DNA of 64,000 bases from Dokdonella sp. (GCF_044227025.1 NZ_JBGAFX010000009.1:7874-71873), one strand, 5' to 3'. Shown: positions 1-10,709, counted from the stretch's first letter. Made by a program: numbers and translations. The notes: generated by a model from the letters alone, not told the origin.

Positions 1-437
1 AGCAGATCGCGCGGCGATGCGAACCCGTAGTTGAACTTGGAGATCTCGAGCGGGCCGTTCGGCGTGGTCAATGTCGCCGTCTGGTTGGTGTGGAACTGGA
101 TCGACATCGGGCCCGCCGCACCACTGTGCGCCGTCGGCTGGTACGCCGGGCAACCGAAGCACTGGCCATCGGAATAACTGTCGTAGGAACTCTGGAAGCG
201 GCCTGTCGCGTGGTTGTAGGTCCCCGACGACAGGTACCAGATCGGCGCCCCGTTCTGGGTATAGATGAACGTCGTGACGATCATCGTGCTGCCCTGGATG
301 TCGATGTTGAAGCCGCGTCCGCCGTCGCCTGCGTGAGCCCACAACCCGGTGGCGGGACCACCGATCGTGGTAAAGGCGACTGCCTGGAGGCTGCCGAATG
401 CAAGCCCGAGTGCCACTATCCATGCAAAGCGTTTCAT
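1..437 (-). CDS. Exported hypothetical protein, 3' end cut by the window edge
   Basis: ATG at 437-435 is preceded by GGGGGA on the coding strand. The N-terminus MKRFAWIVALGLAFGSLQAVA is a typical Sec signal peptide. The frame stays open to position 1. It is absent from the ORF track because no stop lies inside the window. No family recognised. Confidence 0.6.
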   Translation of the reverse strand, partial: MKRFAWIVALGLAFGSLQAVAFTTIGGPATGLWAHAGDGGRGFNIDIQGSTMIVTTFIYTQNGAPIWYLSSGTYNHATGRFQSSYDSYSDGQCFGCPAYQPTAHSGAAGPMSIQFHTNQTATLTTPNGPLEISKFNYGFASPRDL

Positions 438-681
438 GCGTTTTTCCCCCGGTTGGTTGAGACTGAATCGCCGCTCCCGATCCGCGCTGGATGGCCGGTT
501 CCGGCTGCCGCTACTCTGGGCGCTCCCATCGCCCATGTATGTAGGAAAACGGCGCGTCGGGCCGTTCCCGACATCTCCGGCCCGAATGTCGAAACCGGCC
601 CTGCCCGTTCGTCGTCCAGGACAGGAACACGGCCGAGCCGTTCGACCGAACGGACGCCGGTTCGCAAACGAGGAGACGACG

Positions 682-1110
682 ATGCGCTGCATGGTGATGG
701 TCCGCGCGACACGCGCTTCGGAAGCCGGCGAGATGCCGAGCCAGGCCCTGATGGAAGCGATGGGGGCGTTCAACGAGGAACTGGTCAAGGCCGGGGTAAT
801 GCTCGCCGGTGAAGGGCTCAAGCCGAGCGCCGAAGGTGCGCGTGTGCGCTTCGCCGGCAAGACGCGCACGGTCATCGACGGCCCGTTCGCGGAAACGAAG
901 GAGCTCGTCGCGGGGTTCTGGCTGTGGCAGGTGCGCTCGCTCGAAGAAGCGATCGAATGGGCGCGTCGATGCCCGAATCCGTTCGACAGCGGCGAGTCCG
1001 AACTGGAAATCCGCCCGTTGTACGAAGCGGAGGACTTCGGCGCCGAGTTCACCCCGGAACTGCGCGAACAGGAAGAGCGCCTGCGCGCCGAGATCGCGGC
1101 GCGCAACTGA
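682..1110 (+). CDS. YciI-like / DGPF-domain protein (142 aa)
   Basis: Trimmed from ORF 349..1110 to the ATG at 682, which follows AGGAGA at 671-676. The sequence ...VIDGPFAETKELVAGFWLWQV... carries the DGPF signature of YciI-like proteins. It lies directly upstream of an ECF sigma factor. Confidence 0.85.
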   Translation: MRCMVMVRATRASEAGEMPSQALMEAMGAFNEELVKAGVMLAGEGLKPSAEGARVRFAGKTRTVIDGPFAETKELVAGFWLWQVRSLEEAIEWARRCPNPFDSGESELEIRPLYEAEDFGAEFTPELREQEERLRAEIAARN

Positions 1111-1207
1111 CGTCCGACCATGAGTTGCGCAGGCGCAACCGGCGCAACATCGCTTGCCCGCAGTTGCAGCTTGTGCGACGCCGGCGGGGATGGTCTCATC
1201 CCCGCCC

Positions 1208-2464
1208 ATGACAACCGCCATCCATCGCACGATCGACGCTGTCTGGCGCATCGAGTCTCCGCGCCTGATCGCCGGCCTCGTGCGCATGGTCCGCGACGTC
1301 GGCCTCGCCGAGGAGCTGGCGCAGGATGCGCTGGTCAGTGCGCTGGAGCGCTGGCCGCAGTCGGGCGTACCGGACAACCCCGGCGCCTGGCTGATGGCGA
1401 CCGCCAAGCATCGCGCGATCGACACCCTGCGCCGGCACAAGCTCGCCGATCGCAAGTTCGAGCAGCTCGGCCACGAAATCGAACTGCACCAGGAGGGTGG
1501 CGACGCCACGCTCATCGAATCTCTTGATGACGATATCGGCGACGACCTGCTGCGTCTCGTGTTCACGTCCTGCCACCCGGTACTGTCGAAGGAAGCGCGC
1601 GTCGCGCTGACCCTGCGCCTGCTCGGCGGACTGACCACCGATGAAATCGCGCGCGCATTCCTCGTGCCCGAAGCGACCGTCGCGCAGCGCATCGTGCGCG
1701 CGAAGAAGACCCTCGCCGCCGCGAACGTGCCTTTCGAGGTTCCACGCGGCGACGAGCTGGTCGACCGGCTCGCGGCCGTGCTCGAAGTCATCTACCTGAT
1801 CTTCAACGAAGGCTACTCGGCGACCGCCGGTGACGACTGGATGCGACCGGCGCTGTGCGAGGACGCCCTGCGCCTCGGGCGCGTGCTCGCAGGCCTGATG
1901 CCGGAGCACGCCGAAGTACACGGGCTCGTCGCGCTGATGGAAATCCAGGCCTCGCGCGCACGCGCCCGCATCGGCTCCTCCGGCGAACCGATCCTGCTGC
2001 TGGAGCAGAACCGCGCGCTATGGGACCAGCTCGCGATCCGACGCGGCCTCGAAGAACTCGACCGCGCGGAGAAGCTCGGCGGCTCGCTCGGCCCATACGC
2101 GCTGCAGGCTGCGATCGCCGCATGCCATGCGCGCGCGCGCAGCGCCGGCGACACCGAATGGCCGCGCATTGCCGCGCTTTACTCGCTGCTCGCGCGTGTC
2201 TCGCCCTCGCCGATCGTCGAACTCAACCGTGCCGTCGCGGTTGCAATGGCAAACGGGCCGGCCGACGGGCTCGCGATCATCGACACCCTCGCCAACGAGC
2301 CGTCGTTGCAGAACTACCACCTGCTGCCGAGCGTACGCGGCGATCTCCTCGCCCGCCTGGGTCGCAACGACGAGGCGCGCAGCGAGTTCGAGCGCGCCGC
2401 CGCCCTGACCCGCAACGAACGCGAACGCGTGCTGCTGCGCTCGCGCGCCGAGGCGCTGGGCTGA
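1208..2464 (+). CDS. ECF-type RNA polymerase sigma factor with long C-terminal TPR-like extension (ECF42-like, 418 aa)
   Basis: Trimmed from ORF 1154..2464. The N-terminal sigma70 region 2/4-like segments include RLIAGLVRMVRDVGLAEELAQDALVSAL and GGLTTDEIARAFLVPEATVAQRIVRAKKTL. A helical extension of about 230 aa follows. Pairing with a DGPF protein is the conserved context of this group. Confidence 0.85.
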   Translation: MTTAIHRTIDAVWRIESPRLIAGLVRMVRDVGLAEELAQDALVSALERWPQSGVPDNPGAWLMATAKHRAIDTLRRHKLADRKFEQLGHEIELHQEGGDATLIESLDDDIGDDLLRLVFTSCHPVLSKEARVALTLRLLGGLTTDEIARAFLVPEATVAQRIVRAKKTLAAANVPFEVPRGDELVDRLAAVLEVIYLIFNEGYSATAGDDWMRPALCEDALRLGRVLAGLMPEHAEVHGLVALMEIQASRARARIGSSGEPILLLEQNRALWDQLAIRRGLEELDRAEKLGGSLGPYALQAAIAACHARARSAGDTEWPRIAALYSLLARVSPSPIVELNRAVAVAMANGPADGLAIIDTLANEPSLQNYHLLPSVRGDLLARLGRNDEARSEFERAAALTRNERERVLLRSRAEALG

Positions 2465-2493
2465 GGCCTGGGCGCGCGCTTCAGAGGCACGTC

Positions 2494-3804
<1,311 letters not shown>

Positions 3805-3876
3805 TTATCGCGGCTTGGCCGAGGCATGCGCAAACCGCCTTGCGAATCCACATCCCATGCACGGGATTGCGACCTC

Positions 3877-3948
3877 TGTGGGAGCCGCGGAAGCCGCGCC
3901 ATCTTCGCGAGACAGGCCAGGCGCATCGCGGCGTCCGCCGCTCCCACA
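3877..3948. repeat. REP-like palindromic element, family A, copy 1
   Basis: TGTGGGAGCCGCGGAAGCCGCG...CGCGGCGTCCGCCGCTCCCACA. These are roughly 25-nt imperfect terminal inverted repeats around a variable centre. The element is intergenic, between the acyltransferase stop and the serS start. The same arms recur at 24218 and 56480. Confidence 0.85.
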
Positions 3949-3958
3949 CGAGGCGCTC

Positions 3959-4867
3959 CTACACCGCCGGCCCGGCGCCGCTGGCGATGCGCCCGATCGT
4001 CGCGTCCTTTTCTTCCCACAGCGCGCTCATCCATGCCTGGAAGCGCTCGCGGAATGCCGCGTCGCCCTGGTAGTCGCCGCCGACGAACTCGCGCGGGATC
4101 GGTCGCTCGCGCACTTGCAGGCGTACTTCCCTGACCTTGTCGCCGAACAGGTCGAGCATCGTCGGACGCCCTTGCGGATAGACGATCGTGACGTCGAGGA
4201 TCGCCTGCAACCCCTCGCCCATCGCGTCGAGCACGAACGCGACGCCGCCGGACTTCGGCTTCAACAGGTGCCGGTGCGGCGATTGCTGCGCGGCATGCTT
4301 GGCAACCGTGAAGCGGGTTCCCTCGACGAAGTTCATCACCGAAACCGGGATCGAGCGGAATTTCTCGCACGCGCGCCGGGTCGAGGCGATATCGCGGCCG
4401 GCCAGCTCCGGTCGCCGCTCGACCTGCTCGCGCGTGTAGCGTTTCATGAACGGGAAATCCAGCGCCCACCATGCGAGGCCCATGAGCGGAATCCAGAACA
4501 GCTGGCTCTTGAGGAAGAACCGCAGCAGCGGAATTCGCCGGTTGAACACCTTCTGCAACACCGGGATGTCGACCCAGCTCTGGTGGTTGGCGAGCACGAG
4601 GTAGTGGCCATCGCGGCGCAAGTCCACATCACCCTCGTCGACGACGAAGCGCGTCTGCGTGAACAGGTCGATCATGCGGCTGTTGAAGCCGATCCAGCTC
4701 TCCGCTATCCCGGTCAGCAGCGGATTGCAGGCGACCCGCACCGCCCTGAACGGCAGCAGGGCCTTGAACAAGGCGACCGCGAACAGCGGCAGCACGTGCA
4801 GCACGGTGCTCGAACCGATCAGGATCGCGGCGAGGACGATGCGCAGGCCAGCCGGCAGGTGATGCAT
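3959..4867 (-). CDS. PlsC-family acyltransferase (lysophospholipid acyltransferase-like, 302 aa)
   Basis: Trimmed from ORF 3959..5053 to MHHLPAGLRIVLAAILIG (a TM segment). Carries the H(X)4D motif NHQSWVDI and FVEGTR, typical of glycerolipid acyltransferases. Confidence 0.85.
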   Translation of the reverse strand: MHHLPAGLRIVLAAILIGSSTVLHVLPLFAVALFKALLPFRAVRVACNPLLTGIAESWIGFNSRMIDLFTQTRFVVDEGDVDLRRDGHYLVLANHQSWVDIPVLQKVFNRRIPLLRFFLKSQLFWIPLMGLAWWALDFPFMKRYTREQVERRPELAGRDIASTRRACEKFRSIPVSVMNFVEGTRFTVAKHAAQQSPHRHLLKPKSGGVAFVLDAMGEGLQAILDVTIVYPQGRPTMLDLFGDKVREVRLQVRERPIPREFVGGDYQGDAAFRERFQAWMSALWEEKDATIGRIASGAGPAV

Positions 4868-5076
4868 GCGATTCCAGGACGGGTACGTCCATGCAGGGTA
4901 ACGGTGATCGCGCCCGCAAGCGAGCGTCCATCGGCGCGGTCGCGGCCTGGCGACGACCCGACCGCGATGTCGATTTCCGTCTCCGCCGTTCGTCGTCATC
5001 GACGCGAGCCGGCCAGTCGGCCCGCCGCGGGTCGGCGAATCCGACTCCTGCACTTCACCCTGGAGGAAGCAGCACG

Positions 5077-5448
5077 ATGCGATTCCTGTCGATGGTACGA
5101 ATCAACGAAAACTCGGGCGTGGTGCCGAGCGCCGAGCTCATGGCCGACATGGGCAAGCTGATGGAGGAAATGACCAGGGCCGGCAAGCTCGTCGACACGG
5201 CCGGGTTGCGTCCGACCGCGGAAGGCAAGCGCGTGCGCTTCGAGCACGGCAAGCTCAGTACGACCGATGGCCCGTTCAGCGAGAGCAAGGAAGTGATCGG
5301 CGGCTACGCCATGCTCGAAGCAGAGTCGATGGAGGAAGCACTCGAACTGACCCGGCGCTTCCTCGCAGTCCACGGCGACGAATGGAACGTGGAATGCGAG
5401 GTGCGCCAACTCGAATGGCATCCCGATTGCGCGGGGCGGGGCAGCTGA
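5077..5448 (+). CDS. Second YciI-like / DGPF-domain protein (123 aa)
   Basis: Trimmed from ORF 4891..5448. The ATG at 5077 follows GGAGGA at 5062-5067. The sequence ...STTDGPFSESKEVIGGYAMLEA... is paralogous to the 682..1110 product. Confidence 0.8.
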   Translation: MRFLSMVRINENSGVVPSAELMADMGKLMEEMTRAGKLVDTAGLRPTAEGKRVRFEHGKLSTTDGPFSESKEVIGGYAMLEAESMEEALELTRRFLAVHGDEWNVECEVRQLEWHPDCAGRGS

Positions 5449-5548
5449 CGCTTGCGCCCGGGCGCCTCATCTTCGTCGTCCCGGCACAAGCCGGGACCCA
5501 GTTCGTTCAGTTCCTCCGACGGCAACGACCGCAACCGATCGGCTCCCT

Positions 5549-7369
5549 CTATCCCGCCTTCTTCGCCGCGATCCAGTCGTCGACCACGCGCTCGAGCAGG
5601 GCAAGCGGCAGCGAGCCGTGCACCAGCACCTGGTCGTGGAATTCACTCAGCACGAACTTCGGTCCGAGCGCCTGTTTCGCCTTCTCGCGCAATTCGAGAA
5701 TCTTCAGCATGCCGGCCTTGTACGCGAGCGCCTGGCCCGGGTCGACGAAGTAGCGCTCGATCTCGGCGGTGACGTCGGTCTCCGACATGCCGGTGTTGTC
5801 CATCATGTAGGTGATCGCCTGCTCGCGCGTCCAATGCTTGTAGTGGATGCCGGAATCGACCACCAGGCGCACCGCGCGCATCATTTCGTCGCGCAGTCGG
5901 CCCAGGTTGTCGAGCGGGTCCTTCTCGAAACCGAGCTCCCAAGCGAGGCGTTCCGCGTACAGCGCCCAGCCTTCCGCGTACGCGGTGAACGGCAGCACGC
6001 GACGGAAGAACGGCACGCCCTGCAGTTCCTGCGCGATCGAGATCTGGAAGTGATGGCCCGGTATGCCTTCATGGTAGGCCAGCGTGCGCATCGCGAACTT
6101 CGGGTTCTCCTCGGTGTTGCGCATGTTCGCGAAGAACGTGCCGGGGCGCGTTCCGTCGAACGAGCCGGGCTGGTAGTACGCGCCCGGCGCGGTCTTCTCG
6201 GAGAACTCGGGCACCGCCTTGACCTGCACGCCGAGCTTGGGCCGCACGTGGAACGCGTCGCCGAGATGGGCGTTCACGTCGTCGAGGATCGACTGATACT
6301 GCTCAAGCATCGCCTTCTTGCCTTCCGGCGTGTTCGGATAGGTCGCATCGGGCATCCTTGCGAGCTGCTGCACGCGCGGCCCGATCGGGCCGTCGACGAG
6401 CCCCTTGTCCCGGAGGATCGCATCCATCTCGGTCGTGACGCGCGCGACTTCCGCGAGGCCGAGCGTGTGCACCTGCTCCGGCGTCATGTCGGTCGTGGTG
6501 TGCATGCGCACCAGATAGGCGTAGTACGCATCGCCGTCCGGCAGGCTCCAGGCGCCGTCGTTGCGCGTGACCTTCGGCTGCAGCGCGGCGAAATAGTCGA
6601 TCAGCGTGCTGTAGGCCGGGTACACGTTGCGCTCGATCGACGACTCGACCCTGCCGAGCAGCGCATCGCGATCGGCCTGGCTCATCGCATCCGGTGCGAT
6701 CTTGTCGAGCTTCTCCTTGAAATTCGTGTACAGCGTGTGCTGCTTCGCGGGCGTCGCGACGAACGCCTTCATCTGCGCGAGCACTTCGTCCACCGTGAAC
6801 TTCGGCGGCACCACCTTGTTCGCCTCTCGCAGGCGCAGGCCTTCGAGCACCTGCGCGAACTTGTGCGGGAACAGGTCCAGCCGCGCGATGTAGGCGTCGG
6901 CATCGTGGCGGTTGTTGACCTGGTGCGTCTGGGCCATGAAGTCCGGCAGCGTCGACTGCACGCCGAACAACTGGTTGACCGGGAAATCGTGGTCGCGGAA
7001 TGTGTCGCCCTCGACCTGCATGGTCAGGAAGTAGTCGAGCACGTCGTAGGAAAGCTGGCCTTCGCGATCGAGCGCAGAGCGGTCGTAGCGGTGCAGCGTC
7101 TCGACATCGTTGCGCACCATTTCGGCCATTTCGGCCTCGTGCGCGGGCGAGGCGTCATCGAACTTGCTGCTGTAGAAGTCCGCCCACGGCGGCAACACGC
7201 GCAGGTTGCTCAGCAACTCCGGACTCTGCAACGCGAATTGGGCGAATACGCGGCCGTAGAACCAGTCGATCGAATACGGCTTGAAGTACCAGACGTGCAC
7301 GAACAGCGCACCGCCGAGCACGAGCACCAGCAGGACCAGCCTTAGCAGCCACTTCAGAAGCGTACGCAT
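5549..7369 (-). CDS. DUF885-family protein, membrane-anchored or exported (606 aa)
   Basis: N-terminal hydrophobic anchor MRTLLKWLLRLVLLVLVLGG. The conserved HEGIPGHHFQ motif and overall length are typical of DUF885 (metallopeptidase-like fold). Confidence 0.85.
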   Translation of the reverse strand: MRTLLKWLLRLVLLVLVLGGALFVHVWYFKPYSIDWFYGRVFAQFALQSPELLSNLRVLPPWADFYSSKFDDASPAHEAEMAEMVRNDVETLHRYDRSALDREGQLSYDVLDYFLTMQVEGDTFRDHDFPVNQLFGVQSTLPDFMAQTHQVNNRHDADAYIARLDLFPHKFAQVLEGLRLREANKVVPPKFTVDEVLAQMKAFVATPAKQHTLYTNFKEKLDKIAPDAMSQADRDALLGRVESSIERNVYPAYSTLIDYFAALQPKVTRNDGAWSLPDGDAYYAYLVRMHTTTDMTPEQVHTLGLAEVARVTTEMDAILRDKGLVDGPIGPRVQQLARMPDATYPNTPEGKKAMLEQYQSILDDVNAHLGDAFHVRPKLGVQVKAVPEFSEKTAPGAYYQPGSFDGTRPGTFFANMRNTEENPKFAMRTLAYHEGIPGHHFQISIAQELQGVPFFRRVLPFTAYAEGWALYAERLAWELGFEKDPLDNLGRLRDEMMRAVRLVVDSGIHYKHWTREQAITYMMDNTGMSETDVTAEIERYFVDPGQALAYKAGMLKILELREKAKQALGPKFVLSEFHDQVLVHGSLPLALLERVVDDWIAAKKAG

Positions 7370-7482
7370 TGCCCTTCCCCGATCCGCAAAAAGGGGAAGC
7401 CTACCCTGCGTCGCGGGCTTGCGTCATGCGCCGGAAGACACGGTATCGATGCCTCATGCCGGCGTCCGGGTAGCGGACGGCC

Positions 7483-8301
7483 TCAGAGATAGCGCCTGGG
7501 TCCGCCCGCGGGACTGCGTCGCACGTCGTCGCCGATCGGAATCACGTCGCCGACATCGACGCGGCCTTCCGGTTCCCTGAACTTCGGATCGTAGGGGTTG
7601 TCGCTCTCGCGCAGTTGGCGGTACGCGATCGAGCCATCGACGGCGCCGGCACCGGTGATGCCGAAGGCGTTCTGGGTGCTGCTGTTCGCCTTCGCAGAGT
7701 GCGGGTTCTCCGGATTCGAAACCACGGTCATGCCGGTCGCGTCGCGCCCCCCGACCTGGACCGGACCGGTGCCACCGCCGATATGCGAACCGGTCGCCTC
7801 GTTGCGCACCTGTACCCACCTCTGCTTGGCGCGCTTAAGCGCGACATCGTCCGCATATTTCTTCTTCAGATCGCGCCAGATCGCGTTCGCGCGTTCGTAT
7901 TCCTCATCGGTCATGCGCGAATAGGCAAGATCGCGCGCCGCGACGTAATCCTTGTCGCCACGCTCCGCCGCGAGCGCGAGCCAGGCGAGTCCGAGCGGCT
8001 TGTCCTCGGGAACGCCCTCGCCCTTGGTGTAGATGACGCCGAGGTTGTACTGCGCCGGCTTGTACGCCCACGACGCCGATACTTCGTACATGTTGATCGC
8101 GAATGCGTAGTCGTCCTTGCGCACGGCGGTGACACCCTTGGCAAAAAACACCTCGCCGGGTCGCGCACTGTCGCGTGGCTGCGAACCGCGCACCTGCGAG
8201 GTCGCACCGTTGTTGAGCATCGGGTCGAACGCTGAAGCCACGAGCGGCAGCGTGGCGGCGACCGTGCAGCCTATCAGGACGGAGAGATGGACGGTGCGCA
8301 T
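7483..8301 (-). CDS. Sel1-repeat (SLR/TPR-like) exported protein (272 aa)
   Basis: Trimmed to MRTVHLSVLIGCTVAATLPLVASA (signal peptide). Sel1-like repeats are visible (AQYNLGVIYTKGEGVPEDKPLGLAWLALAAERGD). Confidence 0.75.
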   Translation of the reverse strand: MRTVHLSVLIGCTVAATLPLVASAFDPMLNNGATSQVRGSQPRDSARPGEVFFAKGVTAVRKDDYAFAINMYEVSASWAYKPAQYNLGVIYTKGEGVPEDKPLGLAWLALAAERGDKDYVAARDLAYSRMTDEEYERANAIWRDLKKKYADDVALKRAKQRWVQVRNEATGSHIGGGTGPVQVGGRDATGMTVVSNPENPHSAKANSSTQNAFGITGAGAVDGSIAYRQLRESDNPYDPKFREPEGRVDVGDVIPIGDDVRRSPAGGPRRYL

Positions 8302-8525
8302 GATGAACGACCTCGCAATCGCGTGCTGTCCGTGAAAACTACCCTTGACGATGAGTCCATGCAACTCCTGCCCCGCGCTTCGCCCGCGGCCTGTGCCGCG
8401 CGTCCGGAACGGCGCATACTACGCACGCCAATCAGGGAGGGGAGTCCGTGATGGTTTCGATGCGATCCACGGTGCCGGCGTTCGGCAGCGCGCCTTCCAG
8501 CGTGCGCATTGGCGGAAACCGCCGC

Positions 8526-9011
8526 ATGCTTCGAAAGCAACTCGCGATACTGCTCGGCGCGTTCGCCATCGCCATCGCGGCGTCCGTGCAGGCATCGCCG
8601 ACGGTCCACGTGCTCGCGCCTGCCGCGTTGCTCGGATCCATTGGCGGTGGCGGCGACTGCAATGACCTCGATGCCGCGGTTTACCCCGGCCACGCCGAGG
8701 TCGTCGGCAACGGGTACGACGATGACTGCGACGGACTCGCCGACGAGGATGCCAACAACAACCCGTCCGGCGATGTGTCCGACTTGGACGGCGACACCTT
8801 TTCGCTCGCGAACGGCGACTGCAACGATCATGTGCCGAGCATCCACCCCGGCGCGACGGAAATCGTCGGCAATTACGTCGACGACGATTGCGACGGACTC
8901 GCCGACGAGGATGCGGCCAACCATCCATCGAACGATTCGGCCGATCGCGACGGCGACCACGTGATCATCGCACCGGACGCGATCTTCGCGTGGGGCTTCG
9001 ATCCGTTCTAG
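8526..9011 (+). CDS. Exported protein with two MopE-type 'putative metal-binding motif' repeats (161 aa)
   Basis: Trimmed to MLRKQLAILLGAFAIAIAASVQA (signal peptide). Two copies of C-N-D-x5-(Y/H)-PG-x-(A/T)-E-x-VGN-x-x-DDDCDGLADED are present. The C-terminus is ...DAIFAWGFDPF. Confidence 0.75.
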   Translation: MLRKQLAILLGAFAIAIAASVQASPTVHVLAPAALLGSIGGGGDCNDLDAAVYPGHAEVVGNGYDDDCDGLADEDANNNPSGDVSDLDGDTFSLANGDCNDHVPSIHPGATEIVGNYVDDDCDGLADEDAANHPSNDSADRDGDHVIIAPDAIFAWGFDPF

Positions 9012-9033
9012 GTGCGCGAAACACAGCGCCGCA

Positions 9034-9513
9034 TCAGCGACCCGTGCACTTCTCGTATTCGCTCTTCGTGACTTCCTCGTTGTGGTTCGCGTCGCAATCC
9101 GCGAAATGCTGGCTCAGCCACGCGTCGTTGCGCGCCTGTTCGATCTTGAGCGCACCCGCCTTGTCGGTGTCGAGCATGCCGAAATCGAGCGGCTGCGGCG
9201 CCGCCGGCTGACCATTCTGGCGCGCACCGGTGATGGTGCCCGTGGAAGGCAGCGGATTGCCGTTGGCGTCGCGCGGCACATCCCGTTGCGTGTCCCGATT
9301 CGGTTGCCCGTTGTTCTGCGCCGTGCCGATCGGTGGCGGCGTGGTGTTCACGGGCGGCGCGCTGGTGTTCACGGGCGGAGTGCCCGGCGGTGGCGGCATC
9401 GAGGTGCCGACGGGGGGAGCGGATGCGGGCGCGGTCGGAGCGGAGGACTGCGCCGACACGAGGCCGCAACCGAGCAACGAGGCGAGAGAAACGCAAAGCA
9501 TGGTGGTCTTCAT
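9034..9513 (-). CDS. Proline-rich lipoprotein with EF-hand-like C-terminus (159 aa)
   Basis: Lipobox-like signal MKTTMLCVSLASLLGC. Pro-rich linker with a PPVNT(S/T) tandem repeat. The C-terminal loops DTDKAGALKIEQ and DANHNEEVTKSE resemble EF-hand calcium loops. Confidence 0.65.
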   Translation of the reverse strand: MKTTMLCVSLASLLGCGLVSAQSSAPTAPASAPPVGTSMPPPPGTPPVNTSAPPVNTTPPPIGTAQNNGQPNRDTQRDVPRDANGNPLPSTGTITGARQNGQPAAPQPLDFGMLDTDKAGALKIEQARNDAWLSQHFADCDANHNEEVTKSEYEKCTGR

Positions 9514-9555
9514 GGTCTTTCCTCCGCAGTGACCCGGATCGACCGGGCAATCGCA

Positions 9556-10341
9556 TCATTCGCGCACGACGATCAGCACGTCGCCGGGAGACCCGCCAGC
9601 AGGTGCCTCGCTCGTCGCGGCGCGAATGTCGATGCGCGTCGGCTCGACTCCGCGCGCGGCGAGGTAGTCGCGCACGGCAAGCGCGCGATCACGCTGATCC
9701 CCACGGCCACCGAAAGCGACAACCCTGGCGATCATCTGCGGCTCATCGTCGAGCACCCTTGCGAGCGATTCCAGCGAGCGTTCCCCGGTTGCGGTCAGGC
9801 CAACGTCGCCATTGCGGAAGTTGAAGTCCGCCAGGCGCACCACGAGTCCGCGCTCGTCGACCGCAGACTCGCTGTTCGGCAGGCGACGTTGCATTTCGAA
9901 CAAGCGCTCACGATCGTCCTGCATCGGCCCGCGCACGTCTCGGCGCCGAAGCTCTCCTGTCGCCAATGCAACCGAGGTGCGCGCACCGACGCGCTCGCGC
10001 TCCATCGCCAGCTGTTCCCCGCGACGCTCGGCGTCACGCGCGAGGGCGCTGGCTTCGGCGATCTGCAGCAGCTTGTCGGCGAGGTAAAGGCCCTGCTCGT
10101 AATCGCGGGGCGACAGCGCGCGTGCGTTGCTGGCGAGCGTCGCCACGGCGGCATCTGCATTGGCGAGCTCGGCGCCGCCGTTCGCGGCGACGCGCGGATC
10201 GGCATGCAGGCGGTCCTGTTCGGCCTGCAGGCGCACGACGTCCGCAGGCGGTCCGTGTGGCGTGGCGGCACAGGCGCCGAGAGCGAGCAGCACGACGGCA
10301 AACGCTGCGTGAGCGATCCGGGGCCACATCAAGGCGATCAT
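9556..10341 (-). CDS. OmpA-like domain lipoprotein with DUF4398-like N-terminal helical region (261 aa)
   Basis: Signal and lipobox AVVLLALGAC, an Ala/Arg-rich helical region, then an OmpA_C-like end (GLVVRLADFNFRNGDVGLT...ALAVRDYLAARGVEPTRIDIRA). Its ATG overlaps the upstream stop as ATGA at 10338-10341. Confidence 0.75.
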   Translation of the reverse strand: MIALMWPRIAHAAFAVVLLALGACAATPHGPPADVVRLQAEQDRLHADPRVAANGGAELANADAAVATLASNARALSPRDYEQGLYLADKLLQIAEASALARDAERRGEQLAMERERVGARTSVALATGELRRRDVRGPMQDDRERLFEMQRRLPNSESAVDERGLVVRLADFNFRNGDVGLTATGERSLESLARVLDDEPQMIARVVAFGGRGDQRDRALAVRDYLAARGVEPTRIDIRAATSEAPAGGSPGDVLIVVRE

Positions 10342-10709
10342 GGCGCATCTCCATTGACAGTTCCGGCCTGCAATGCGTCGAGGCCTCGCTGGATTTCAGC
10401 AGTCGCCGCTTCCGCCCGCTGCTGGCGCGAGCGCGCCGAAGCGAGATCGCCGTTCACTTTCGCTCGCTCGGAATAGATCGCGACTTCCATCCATGCGCGG
10501 TCATCCGCGGCGTGCAGCGCCTGGTCGAGCATCACATGGGCTTCGGCGAGATCGGCGGGCGCGTATCTCGCGGCGTCATCCCGTTCAGCGGCCTGAACGG
10601 ACGTTGTGGCCTGCGCGAGCTCCAATTGCGCACCGTCCCGATCGATCGCCTGGGCCGATCCGCAGATCGGAATCAGGGTGGCCAACAGCAGGCTGCGCAC
10701 GATGTTCAT
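10338..10709 (-). CDS. DUF4398-like exported protein (123 aa)
   Basis: Trimmed to MNIVRSLLLATLIPICGSAQA (signal peptide), with a GGGAGAC RBS-like run upstream. The helical segment ARYAPADLAEAHVMLDQALHA is typical of DUF4398. Translationally coupled to the OmpA-like gene. Confidence 0.7.
   Translation of the reverse strand: MNIVRSLLLATLIPICGSAQAIDRDGAQLELAQATTSVQAAERDDAARYAPADLAEAHVMLDQALHAADDRAWMEVAIYSERAKVNGDLASARSRQQRAEAATAEIQRGLDALQAGTVNGDAP

Noticed and set aside
5478-5497. Perfect hairpin GTCCCGGC-ACAA-GCCGGGAC between the convergent DGPF and DUF885 genes, considered as a terminator
   Set aside because: No U-tract follows on either strand. It may still pause or terminate transcription, but I cannot support an intrinsic-terminator call.
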